From: Ostrea edulis
Taxonomy: Eukaryota
Direction of reading: 5' to 3'
Assembly (NCBI RefSeq): GCF_947568905.1
Contig: NC_079169.1
Location: 31,000,001-31,064,000 of the forward strand
DNA: 64,000 nucleotides
The notes beneath the pieces are model-generated. The model saw only the letters and a list, made by a program, of their open reading frames with translations, was not told where the DNA came from and did not search any database. The translations under genes were made by a program, and so were the position numbers. Below, in pieces: positions 1-13,585 of the stretch (the first letter of the stretch is position 1; each line of letters begins with the position of its first letter).

Positions 1-555
1 CATGAAGACTTATTAGATTTACTCCCAAATAACAAATTTAAAAAATGCTTATCACATCAATATACTACATCTCTGGACACACAACTGCCACTGTTTGTTC
101 AAATGGGCATCTTTCTGAGCTTTAAACAAAATTCTATGAATTACCACTGCTTGTGCCTTCATGTCAAAATCCATAGTGGTGACAGAATTTGGTTTTCAAG
201 CACTTCAAAGAATCACTTAAAAGTTCATATAATGAATTCATAATGCTAATGTTGACATGCACTGAAAATAACCATTTCTTCTTTCTTCCTTATCTCCCTT
301 AAAAGAAAAGGTGAACAAGCTCACATACCTCATGTCCCAACAATAAATGACAATGCTACACACAATGAATGACAATGCTATGCATACAGCACAAAAATTC
401 TTATGCCTCAGTGCTAAACTGTACTGTTTTTACGCATGTAACTACTCAAGTCATGCGTAATATTGTTTAGAAATCTAAATTGTGTAAAATATCAAAAGAG
501 AAATGTTTTAATTACATAAGCTTGAAATCCAGTTCATGCAAGTTGCACCAATTAG

Positions 556-1224
556 TACCGTAAATCTGGTTATTTTTGCTGTTGATTAATTTTTAGCATT
601 TTTGTAAGTCAGTTGGATTCACAAAAATATTTTTCTCAAAAATAACTACCGTAAAAAATTTCTAGATCCATCAATTCGATGGTCAGTTGTATTAAACTCC
701 CAGGTGTATACATAGTGATCAATACTGGCGATTTATTTGATATCACTCGTGCGTAACTAATCTGGCGGGTTATAGGTAGTTTATCGATGTTCAGTTTTAA
801 CTCAGATTTATTCCAGATGTTTCACGCGTTTTTTAATATGTGTTTACACGTGTTGTTTTATCAGTACTTTTTTGAAATAGAGAATAAATTGATTTCATCA
901 AATATACACGTTTTATTGACTATCCTATACCGTAGATAGTTTGGTATATTGTCACGTTCGGTATTACTTTTAAAAGCTAGAAAAAGACATAATTAAATTT
1001 TGTAATTTAGTTTTCAATGCACCCACGCCTAGCGAGGGTCTTTATCAGTATATAAACAAATGTCTGCTGAGTTTACAGAACTGAATTTAAATGACATACA
1101 TTCGTACGATGGAATTTATTTGTCGATTTATTCTTAGCTCCAGCATAAATTCGCAAAAATAAGAAACAAAAATAATTATATGGGCTTTTTACTCAAATTC
1201 GCAAAAATATCCAGATTTAGGGTA
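556..1224. mobile_element. Non-autonomous TA-flanked (Tc1/mariner-like) MITE with internal insertion
   Basis: Imperfect TIRs taccgtaaatctggttatttttgc (556) and gcaaaaatatccagatttagggta (1201-1224). Confidence 0.55.
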
Positions 1225-2577
1225 TTCTATGGTCAAAAGGGGCATAACTCCAACAAATCAAATCAAGTTAGAATTTCCTGAGAATACGCACATCTACACA
1301 GGAAGTCCTTATCAACTACAAAAGTTTCATGAAATTCTGTATAGCAGTTTTAGAGGAGCTGCAATAAAAAGATCAGGACTGATGGTTCAAAAATATTGTA
1401 CCATTCGCAACTCACTGCATAGTGGTATAAGAATACATGTATATTTTGATCTTTCTCTAGACTCTGTAGGGAGTAGTTGAGGCTTATACTGAGTCACAAA
1501 AACACATAATGTAAAGCCTGAGGACTATTAAGATTTATGACCTCTGAAAGGCACAGGATTCAAAGATTCAGTAAGTGTTTTATCCTAGATTATTGCATAC
1601 TGAAGAGTTCTAATATGTGTACATTTTTATTATAAGCCAGTCAGTGAATACTGTAAAGCAACTTTTATTGTCTGCCATAAGCTTGATTGCAAAAATTACT
1701 CGCTGCAAACCAGTTTATCATAGGTGAATCGTGAAATAACGTAGCCGCGAATAAAAGTTGTGCTCCACTGTAGATTTCCTGAATGTTAAGTCATGAAAAG
1801 TGGGAAATAAAAATTAGGGGAGAAATAAGACTAAAATAATTTTCCGATATGAAAGATGCAATATTGTATGTGTACTTTTTTGTGCTTTAAAGCATATTCC
1901 TACAATTAAGAGTCTCTGTTAACATTCCTACACTTCTTACATATACCTTGGCATTTAATAAAAGTTAATAGAACAAAATGTAGATGAAAATAATTTAATC
2001 TGGAATAGCAACAGGTAATTTCGATTAATATGATCATGTAGGCGAGATGCACTATTCCCCTTTATAACGAGACCTTCAGGGATTAAAAACAAAAGGAGAG
2101 AGAGAGAGAGACAGACAGAGAGAGAGAAAGAAATTAGCATAGCAATTTAACTTCTCTAGATGTTTACATTATGCAATGTTTTAATTTCAAGCCAGATTTT
2201 AAGAGCCTCTAATTCTGTCAGTGTGGCATTACAGGAATTTATATGATGTCGCACTTTGGAAGGATACCTACCTGTAATTTGGCTATTTGAAGAAAAAGTT
2301 ATTTCCTTAAGGAATCATAAATACTGCATTTTATTGAACAAATCATTTGACTTCCAAACAGTAACAGCTAATCATTTTGAAGTTTTTTGATAACTAAAGT
2401 CATTGCCTTAAAATAGGCATCATAATCCAAAGGATAATGGCTTTTTTGCTGTGCAAGATGCTTCAAGTGCTGGGTAAACTGAGCAAAACGCTAACTGTTG
2501 TGACTTAATCCAAATTCAACTAAATGTGGACTCATGATGGCAGTCAGCACCTAAATTCATTTCAAATTTCCACTCAC

Positions 2578-5500
2578 CAGCATAAGTAAAACTGAGTAGT
2601 TTGCTTCTCTCCCAGAGAGGAGCCCACTTTCCCCACATAGCATTCATGGCAGGAAATGTCACCCCCTACAAAACACAGGTGTGTATTCATATCACACAAA
2701 ATATGCATGTTTATCTGTATTTAGGGGTCAATATTCACATATATTACATGTGTGTGACTTTAGATAATAATATGTTCTGCATTATGTTACCTCTCCTATT
2801 CCTTCTATGACTCGGAGAGCAATGAAGACGTACAGATTCCACCGAGCAGCTAGAGGGGTCAGCAGGGTTAGGATGGCCGTGCACAGTACACCGAGTCCAA
2901 ACAGTTTCTTCCCACCAAAAACTTCTGCCAGCCACCCCCCAGGAATCTGAGTGATGATGTAGCCGTAGAAAAATGCTCCTAGCACCAGCGACTGGGTGTT
3001 GGAGTCCCAGTTAAACTCGCCCTGTTATCAGAAAATCCCAGAATTGACAAATGTGCCTCAGTGGTTTATAATTTCCTTTTTTAAATGCACAGAATATTGA
3101 AAATAAATATTGTGATGTGTTAAATGAGTTGCGACTTTGGAATGTGTTACTTCATAACTTTCATACATGTATTACTATACTAGTTGTAACCTGTGCCAGA
3201 ACAGAGAATCTCGACATGGTAGGAAATGAAGTCACTATTCTTAGTACGGATTTCTATGACATGTACTGCAGAGTGTTAACTTTTAACATCATACAATAAC
3301 CAGTGCATCCTTACATTATCGGTGAATACACAAACATGAAAATTATAGTAATAAAGCAGGTTTTTGTAGGATTATTAAAAAAGCTTATCATGGTTGGGAC
3401 AACTGGCCAGTGAAAATGTTCAAGTTATGTTGCATTGTTTTAAGATATAGAAATTTGAACACTGATTAAAAGTCCCTAATCTGTTATCTCAACTACCGCC
3501 AAATTTTTAAAAGTATAGACCCTACCTACATAAAATCTGGTTTATTTATAATAGTGAGACAGTAAACAATAAAAGATAAAGCCTTTATAACACATTCTTT
3601 TTTTTTTCTAATTTAAAAGTTTGTGGGTGTCCCACAAAAATCAATTAAACAAATACGAACAAGAGTACAACACCTGATGTAAACAACACCTGATGTAAAC
3701 AACACCCCATTCATTTTGATCATCTCAGAAACGTGTCTTTGTTTTTATTGTCACTTACACTACTTGATGATGAGGTTGTGTAGTTACTTACAGTACTTGA
3801 TGATGAGGTTGTGTAGTTACTTACAGTACTTGATGATGAGGTTGTGTTGTTACTTACAGTACTTGATGATGAGGTTGTGTTGTTACTTACAGTACTTGAT
3901 GATGAGGTTGTGTAGTTACTTACAGTACTTGATGATGAGGTTGTGTTGACACTTACAGTACTTGATGATGAGGTTGTGTTGTTACTTACACTACTTGATG
4001 ATGAGGTTGTGTAGTTACTTACAGTACTTGATGATGAGGTTGTGTTGACACTTACACTACTTGATGATGAGGTTGTGTTGTTACTTACACTACTTCATGA
4101 TGAGGTTGTGTAGTTACTTACAGTACTTGATGATGAGGTTGTGTTGACACTTACACTACTTGATGATGAGGTTGTGTTGTTACTTACAGTACTTGATGAT
4201 GAGGTTGTGTTGACACTTACAGTACTTGATGATGAGGTTGTGTTGACACTTACAGTACTTGATGATGAGGTTGTGTTGACACTTACAGTACTTGATGATG
4301 AGGTTGTGTTGTTACTTACATTACTTGATGATGAGGTTGTGTTGTTACTTACATTACTTGATGATGAGGTTGTGTTGTTACTTACATTACTTGATGATGA
4401 GGTTGTATTGTTACTTACATTACTTGATGATGAGGTTGTGTTGTTACTTACACTACTTGATGATGAGGTTGTGTTGTTACTTACATTACTTGATGATGAG
4501 GTTGTGTTGTTACTTACAGTACTTGATGATGAGGTTGTGTTGTTACTTACAGTACTTGATGATGAGGTTGTGTTGACACTTACAGTACTTGATGATGAGG
4601 TTGTGTTGACACTTACAGTACTTGATGATGAGGTTGTGTAGTTACTTACAGTACTTGATGATGAGGTTGTGTTGTTACTTACAGTACTTGATGATGAGGT
4701 TGTGTTGTTACTTACACTACTTGATGATGAGGTTGTGTAGTTACTTACAGTACTTGATGATGAGGTTGTGTAGTTACTTACACTACTTGATGATGAGGTT
4801 GTGTAGTTACTTACAGTACTTGATGATGAGGTTGTGTTGTTACTTACACTACTTGATGATGAGGTTGTATTGTTACTTACAGTACTTGATGATGAGGTTG
4901 TGTTGACACTTACACTACTTGATGATGAGGTTGTGTTGACACTTACACTACTTGATGATGAGGTTGTGTTGTCACTTACAGTACTTGATGATGAGGTTGT
5001 GTTGTTACTTACACTACTTGATGATGAGGTTGTGTAGTTACTTACAGTACTTGATGATGAGGTTGTGTTGACACTTACACTACTTGATGATGAGGTTGTG
5101 TTGTTACTTACACTACTTGATGATGAGGTTGTGTAGTTACTTACAGTACTTGATGATGAGGTTGTGTTGTTACTTACACTACTTGATGATGAGGTTGTGT
5201 TTTTACTTACAGTACTTGATGATGAGGTTGTGTTGTTACTTACAGTACTTGATGATGAGGTTGTGTTGTTACTTACAGTACTTGATGATGAGGTTGTGTT
5301 GTTACTTACACTACTTGATGATGAGGTTGTGTTGACACTTACAGTACTTGATGATGAGGTTGTGTTGTTACTTACAGTACTTGATGATGAGGTTGTGTAG
5401 TTACTTACAGTACTTGATGATGAGGTTGTGTTGACACTTACACTACTTGATGATGAGGTTGTGTTGTTACTTACACTACTTCATGATGAGGTTGTGTAGT

Positions 5501-8500
5501 TACTTACAGTACTTGATGATGAGGTTGTGTTGACACTTACACTACTTGATGATGAGGTTGTGTAGTTACTTACAGTACTTGATGATGAGGTTGTGTAGTT
5601 ACTTACAGTACTTGATGATGAGGTTGTGTTGACACTTACACTACTTGATGATGAGGTTGTGTTGTTACTTACAGTACTTGATGATGAGGTTGTGTTGTTA
5701 CTTACAGTACTTGATGATGAGGTTGTATTGTTACTTACATTACTTGATGATGAGGTTGTGTTGTTACTTACAGTACTTGATGATGAGGTTGTGTTGTTAC
5801 TTACAGTACTTGATGATGAGGTTGTGTTGTTACTTACACTACTTGATGATGAGGTTGTGTAGTTACTTACAGTACTTGATGATGAGGTTGTGTTGACACT
5901 TACACTACTTGATGATGAGGTTGTGTTGTTACTTACACTACTTGATGATGAGGTTGTGTAGTTACTTACAGTACTTGATGATGAGGTTGTGTTGTTACTT
6001 ACACTACTTGATGATGAGGTTGTGTTTTTACTTACAGTACTTGATGATGAGGTTGTGTTGTTACTTACAGTACTTGATGATGAGGTTGTGTTGTTACTTA
6101 CAGTACTTGATGATGAGGTTGTGTTGTTACTTACACTACTTGATGATGAGGTTGTGTTGACACTTACAGTACTTGATGATGAGGTTGTGTTGTTACTTAC
6201 AGTACTTGATGATGAGGTTGTGTAGTTACTTACAGTACTTGATGATGAGGTTGTGTTGACACTTACACTACTTGATGATGAGGTTGTGTTGTTACTTACA
6301 CTACTTCATGATGAGGTTGTGTAGTTACTTACAGTACTTGATGATGAGGTTGTGTTGACACTTACACTACTTGATGATGAGGTTGTGTAGTTACTTACAG
6401 TACTTGATGATGAGGTTGTGTAGTTACTTACAGTACTTGATGATGAGGTTGTGTTGACACTTACACTACTTGATGATGAGGTTGTGTTGTTACTTACAGT
6501 ACTTGATGATGAGGTTGTGTTGTTACTTACAGTACTTGATGATGAGGTTGTATTGTTACTTACATTACTTGATGATGAGGTTGTGTTGTTACTTACAGTA
6601 CTTGATGATGAGGTTGTGTTGTTACTTACAGTACTTGATGATGAGGTTGTGTTGTCACTTACACTACTTGATGATGAGGTTGTGTTGTTACTTACAGTAC
6701 TTGATGATGAGGTTGTGTTGTTACTTACATTACTTGATGATGAGGTTGTGTTGTTACTTACAGTACTTGATGATGAGGTTGTGTTGTTACTTACAGTACT
6801 TGATGATGAGGTTGTGTTGTTACTTACAGTACTTGATGATGAGGTTGTGTTGTCACTTACACTACTTGATGATGAGGTTGTGTTGTTACTTACAGTACTT
6901 GATGATGAGGTTGTGTTGTTACTTACACTACTTGATGATGAGGTTGTATTGTTACTTACAGTACTTGATGATGAGGTTGTGTTGACACTTACACTACTTG
7001 ATGATGAGGTTGTGTTGACACTTACACTACTTGATGATGAGGTTGTGTTGTCACTTACAGTACTTGATGATGAGGTTGTGTTGTTACTTACAGTACTTGA
7101 TGATGAGGTTGTGTTGACACTTACAGTACTTGATGATGAGGTTGTGTTGTTACTTACACTACTTGATGATGAGGTTGTGTAGTTACTTACAGTACTTGAT
7201 GATGAGGTTGTGTTGTTACTTACACTACTTGATGATGAGGTTGTGTTGTTACTTACAGTACTTGATGATGAGGTTGTGTAGCTACTTACACTACTTGATG
7301 ATGAGGTTGTGTTGTTACTTACAGTACTTGATGATGAGGTTGTGTTGTTACTTACACTACTTGATGATGAAGTTGTGTTGACACTTACAGTACTTGATGA
7401 TGAGGTTGTGTTGACACTTAAAGTACTTGATGATGAGGTTGTGTTGACACTTACACTACTTGATGATGAGGTTGTGTTGACACTTACACTACTTGATGAT
7501 GAGGTTGTGTTGACACTTACACTACTTGATGATGAGGTTGTGTTGACACTTACAGTACTTGATGATGAGGTTGTGTTGTTACTTACAGTACTTGATGATG
7601 AGGTTGTGTTGTTACTTACAGTACTTGATGATGAGGTTGTGTTGTGAGTTAGAGTACTTGATGATGAGGTTGTGTTGTTACTTACAGTACTTGATGATGA
7701 GGTTGTGTTGACACTTACAGTACTTGATGATGAGGTTGTGTTGTTACTTACAGTACTTGATGATGAGGTTGTGTTGTCACTTACACTACTTGATGATGAG
7801 GTTGTGTTGTTACTTACAGTACTTGATGATGAGGTTGTGTTGACACTTACAGTACTTGATGATGAGGTTGTGTTGACACTTACAGTACTTGATGATGAGG
7901 TTGTGTAGTTACTTACAGTACTTGATGATGAGGTTGTGTTGTTACTTACAGTACTTGATGATGAGGTTGTGTTGTTACTTACAGTACTTGATGATGAGGT
8001 TGTGTTGACACTTACAGTACTTGATGATGAGGTTGTGTTGACACTTACAGTACTTGATGATGAGGTTGTGTTGACACTTACAGTACTTGATGATGAGGTT
8101 GTGTTGTTACTTACATTACTTGATGATGAGGTTGTGTTGTTACTTACATTACTTGATGATGAGGTTGTGTTGTTACTTACATTACTTGATGATGAGGTTG
8201 TATTGTTACTTACATTACTTGATGATGAGGTTGTGTTGTTACTTACACTACTTGATGATGAGGTTGTGTTGTTACTTACATTACTTGATGATGAGGTTGT
8301 GTTGTTACTTACAGTACTTGATGATGAGGTTGTGTTGTTACTTACAGTACTTGATGATGAGGTTGTGTTGACACTTACAGTACTTGATGATGAGGTTGTG
8401 TTGACACTTACAGTACTTGATGATGAGGTTGTGTAGTTACTTACAGTACTTGATGATGAGGTTGTGTTGTTACTTACAGTACTTGATGATGAGGTTGTGT

Positions 8501-11500
8501 TGTTACTTACAGTACTTGATGATGAGGTTGTGTTGTTACTTACACTACTTGATGATGAGGTTGTATTGTTACTTACAGTACTTGATGATGAGGTTGTGTT
8601 GACACTTACACTACTTGATGATGAGGTTGTGTTGACACTTACACTACTTGATGATGAGGTTGTGTTGTCACTTACAGTACTTGATGATGAGGTTGTGTTG
8701 TTACTTACACTACTTGATGATGAGGTTGTGTAGTTACTTACAGTACTTGATGATGAGGTTGTGTTGACACTTACACTACTTGATGATGAGGTTGTGTTGT
8801 TACTTACACTACTTGATGATGAGGTTGTGTAGTTACTTACAGTACTTGATGATGAGGTTGTGTTGTTACTTACACTACTTGATGATGAGGTTGTGTTTTT
8901 ACTTACAGTACTTGATGATGAGGTTGTGTTGTTACTTACAGTACTTGATGATGAGGTTGTGTTGTTACTTACAGTACTTGATGATGAGGTTGTGTTGTTA
9001 CTTACACTACTTGATGATGAGGTTGTGTTGACACTTACAGTACTTGATGATGAGGTTGTGTTGTTACTTACAGTACTTGATGATGAGGTTGTGTAGTTAC
9101 TTACAGTACTTGATGATGAGGTTGTGTTGACACTTACACTACTTGATGATGAGGTTGTGTTGTTACTTACACTACTTCATGATGAGGTTGTGTAGTTACT
9201 TACAGTACTTGATGATGAGGTTGTGTTGACACTTACACTACTTGATGATGAGGTTGTGTAGTTACTTACAGTACTTGATGATGAGGTTGTGTAGTTACTT
9301 ACAGTACTTGATGATGAGGTTGTGTTGACACTTACACTACTTGATGATGAGGTTGTGTTGTTACTTACAGTACTTGATGATGAGGTTGTGTTGTTACTTA
9401 CACTACTTGATGATGAGGTTGTGTTGTTACTTACAGTACTTGATGATGAGGTTGTATTGTTACTTACATTACTTGATGATGAGGTTGTGTTGTTACTTAC
9501 AGTACTTGATGATGAGGTTGTGTTGTTACTTACAGTACTTGATGATGAGGTTGTGTTGTCACTTACACTACTTGATGATGAGGTTGTGTTGTTACTTACA
9601 GTACTTGATGATGAGGTTGTGTTGTTACTTACATTACTTGATGATGAGGTTGTGTAGTTACTTACACTACTTGATGATGAGGTTGTGTAGTTACTTACAG
9701 TACTTGATGATGAGGTTGTGTTGTTACTTACACTACTTGATGATGAGGTTGTATTGTTACTTACAGTACTTGATGATGAGGTTGTGTTGACACTTACACT
9801 ACTTGATGATGAGGTTGTGTTGACACTTACACTACTTGATGATGAGGTTGTGTTGTCACTTACAGTACTTGATGATGAGGTTGTGTTGTTACTTACAGTA
9901 CTTGATGATGAGGTTGTGTTGTTACTTACAGTACTTGATGATGAGGTTGTGTTGACACTTACAGTACTTGATGATGAGGTTGTGTTGACACTTACAGTAC
10001 TTGATGATGAGGTTGTGTTGACACTTACATTACTTGATGAGGTTGTGTTGTTACTTACAGTACTTGATGATGAGGTTGTATTGTTACTTACACTACTTGA
10101 TGATGAGGTTGTGTTGACACTTACACTACTTGATGATGAGGTTGTGTTGACACTTACAGTACTTGATGATGAGGTTGTGTTGTTACTTACACTACTTGAT
10201 GATGAGGTTGTGTTGTTACTTACAGTACTTGATGATGAGGTTGTGTTGACACTTACAGTACTTGATGATGAGGTTGTGTTGTTACTTACACTACTTGATG
10301 ATGAGGTTGTGTAGTTACTTACAGTACTTGATGATGAGGTTGTGTTGTTACTTACACTACTTGATGATGAGGTTGTGTTGTTACTTACAGTACTTGATGA
10401 TGAGGTTGTGTAGCTACTTACACTACTTGATGATGAGGTTGTGTTGTTACTTACAGTACTTGATGATGAGGTTGTGTTGTTACTTACACTACTTGATGAT
10501 GAAGTTGTGTTGACACTTACAGTACTTGATGATGAGGTTGTGTTGACACTTAAAGTACTTGATGATGAGGTTGTGTTGACACTTACACTACTTGATGATG
10601 AGGTTGTGTTGACACTTACACTACTTGATGATGAGGTTGTGTTGACACTTACACTACTTGATGATGAGGTTGTGTTGACACTTACAGTACTTGATGATGA
10701 GGTTGTGTTGTTACTTACAGTACTTGATGATGAGGTTGTGTTGTTACTTACAGTACTTGATGATGAGGTTGTGTTGTGAGTTAGAGTACTTGATGATGAG
10801 GTTGTGTTGTTACTTACAGTACTTGATGATGAGGTTGTGTTGACACTTACAGTACTTGATGATGAGGTTGTGTTGTTACTTACAGTACTTGATGATGAGG
10901 TTGTGTTGTCACTTACACTACTTGATGATGAGGTTGTGTTGTTACTTACAGTACTTGATGATGAGGTTGTGTTGACACTTACAGTACTTGATGATGAGGT
11001 TGTGTTGACACTTACAGTACTTGATGATGAGGTTGTGTAGTTACTTACAGTACTTGATGATGAGGTTGTGTTGTTACTTACAGTACTTGATGATGAGGTT
11101 GTGTTGTTACTTACAGTACTTGATGATGAGGTTGTGTTGACACTTACAGTACTTGATGATGAGGTTGTGTTGACACTTACAGTACTTGATGATGAGGTTG
11201 TGTTGACACTTACAGTACTTGATGATGAGGTTGTGTTGTTACTTACATTACTTGATGATGAGGTTGTGTTGTTACTTACATTACTTGATGATGAGGTTGT
11301 GTTGTTACTTACATTACTTGATGATGAGGTTGTATTGTTACTTACATTACTTGATGATGAGGTTGTGTTGTTACTTACACTACTTGATGATGAGGTTGTG
11401 TTGTTACTTACATTACTTGATGATGAGGTTGTGTTGTTACTTACAGTACTTGATGATGAGGTTGTGTTGTTACTTACAGTACTTGATGATGAGGTTGTGT

Positions 11501-13452
11501 TGACACTTACAGTACTTGATGATGAGGTTGTGTAGTTACTTACAGTACTTGATGATGAGGTTGTGTTGTTACTTACAGTACTTGATGATGAGGTTGTGTT
11601 GTTACTTACAGTACTTGATGATGAGGTTGTGTTGTTACTTACACTACTTGATGATGAGGTTGTATTGTTACTTACAGTACTTGATGATGAGGTTGTGTTG
11701 ACACTTACAGTACTTGATGATGAGGTTGTGTTGACACTTACACTACTTGATGATGAGGTTGTGTTGTCACTTACAGTACTTGATGATGAGGTTGTGTTGT
11801 TACTTACACTACTTGATGATGAGGTTGTGTAGTTACTTACAGTACTTGATGATGAGGTTGTGTTGTTACTTACACTACTTGATGATGAGGTTGTGTTGTT
11901 ACTTACAGTACTTGATGATGAGGTTGTGTAGCTACTTACACTACTTGATGATGAGGTTGTGTTGTTACTTACAGTACTTGATGATGAGGTTGTGTTGTTA
12001 CTTACACTACTTGATGATGAAGTTGTGTTGACACTTACAGTACTTGATGATGAGGTTGTGTTGACACTTAAAGTACTTGATGATGAGGTTGTGTTGACAC
12101 TTACACTACTTGATGATGAGGTTGTGTTGACACTTACACTACTTGATGATGAGGTTGTGTTGACACTTACACTACTTGATGATGAGGTTGTGTTGACACT
12201 TACAGTACTTGATGATGAGGTTGTGTTGTTACTTACAGTACTTGATGATGAGGTTGTGTTGTTACTTACAGTACTTGATGATGAGGTTGTGTTGTGAGTT
12301 AGAGTACTTGATGATGAGGTTGTGTTGTTACTTACAGTACTTGATGATGAGGTTGTGTTGACACTTACAGTACTTGATGATGAGGTTGTGTTGTGAGTTA
12401 GAGTACTTGATGATGAGATTGTGTTGTTACTTACAGTACTTGATGACGAGGTTGTGTTGACACTTACACTACTTGATGATGAGGTTGTGTAGTTACTTAC
12501 AGTACTTGATGATGAGGTTGTGTTGTTACTTACAGTACTTGATGATGAGGTTGTGTTGTTACTTACAGTACTTGATGATGAGGTTGTGTTGACACTTACA
12601 CTACTTGATGATGAGGTTGTGTTGTTACTTACAGTACTTGATGATGAGGTGTGTTGACACTTACAGTACTTGATGATGAGGTTGTGTTGGCAGGAGCATC
12701 CTCTAAACACTCAGTAGCGTTATCGGAAGACGATCCATCGTCTGTGGAGTTCACCATGGCAACCAAGGCTACGCTCAGGTTCACACGTAAACAATACACA
12801 TTAAAAAATCCCAGGAATGCCCAGAAAGCCAAAACATGTCGCTTTCCAAAACCTGCAACATTATCATAGTTTTTACATAATACACAACTAGGTAATTTCT
12901 ACCTTCCAGGTTTTCAATTAAGCAAAACAATTAAAATATTCTGTCCGATGTAAACATAATAAACTCTTAATTCACTCTTTAAATCTTAATGAGCCATTGA
13001 AAATTACCATATTAGTATTGTTTAAGGTGGCTCATAACAATAAGACTTATACAGTAACACTATCACAGCTCAGAGGATTGGGTTACCAACTCCCAGACCC
13101 CGAGTTCAAATCACCCAGTCTTTTGTTCATATTTATTGACATAAATTTTTAGAATTACTATTTCTTCTGAAATTGCAAATATTTTTTGTTGTAGTTGTTT
13201 TCTACCTCGTTGACATATGTACTTATTACATATCATCTTTAAAAAATAAATCATATTGTGCAGATTTTGGAAACTCTTTCAAGGCGTAGTTAACCACCTT
13301 AAATGCAATCTCAGAGATATATGTAAGAATCATGTAATGTTCACTGGTATGAACTTGCCTGAGGGTGCAGATGTAGTTTTCCCCAGCAGTGGTTCACTCT
13401 CTGCTGGCTTTGGTTTAAGGTAATCCAGGGTATCTTCAGTACTAGAATCCAT
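2578..13452 (-). CDS. SLC17A5: Sialin-like SLC17 anion/sugar transporter (MFS), 5' part; exons 13452-13359, 12852-12665, 3021-2791, 2665-2578; remaining exons lie left of the window
   Basis: Spliced reading: [31 protein letters not shown]|[35 protein letters not shown]...ANTTSSSST|[32 protein letters not shown]...LRVIEGIGE|[30 protein letters not shown]. These are hallmark SLC17 motifs. Intron phases (1,0,0,1) are consistent. Intron 1 has a GC donor (G|GCAAGT). Exact paralog is uncertain. Confidence 0.9.
3748..12689 (-). repeat. 33-bp minisatellite, ~270 copies, with higher-order block structure; unit on minus strand AACACAACCTCATCATCAAGT(A/T)(C/G)T|GTAAGT(AAC/GTC)
   Basis: Directly visible. 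Plus-strand unit is gttgtgttg(tt/ac)acttaca(g/c)tacttgatgatgag; 8942 bp / 33 = ~271. It begins inside SLC17 exon 2. Confidence 0.99.
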
Positions 13453-13457
13453 CGTAG

Positions 13458-13585
13458 CCCCCTAATATCTCTCCTCTCTAGAGGATAAAACAGCTGTGCC
13501 CCCTAAAATCTCTCCTCTCTAGAGGATAAAACAGCTGTGCTCCCTAAAATCTCTCCTCTACAGGATAAAACAGCTGTGCCCCCTC
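13458..13585. repeat. 3 x ~41-bp tandem repeat just upstream of the SLC17 ATG
   Basis: Unit ccccctaaaatctctcctctctagaggataaaacagctgtg; cagctgtg recurs at 13491, 13532 and 13571. Confidence 0.9.

Noticed and set aside
1465-1575. Plus-strand acceptor/donor pair suggesting an antisense non-coding exon
   Set aside because: Motifs alone are too common to support a call.
3716-12297. Dozens of plus-strand ORFs ([11 protein letters not shown]..., [11 protein letters not shown]...)
   Set aside because: They are translations of the 33-bp repeat on the non-coding strand, with no independent evidence of being genes.
9177-12710. 1177-aa Ser/Thr/Asn ORF as a stand-alone mucin gene
   Set aside because: Its start is an out-of-frame piece of SLC17 exon 2 and it has no signal peptide. 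It is treated as the latent frame of the splice-junction array.
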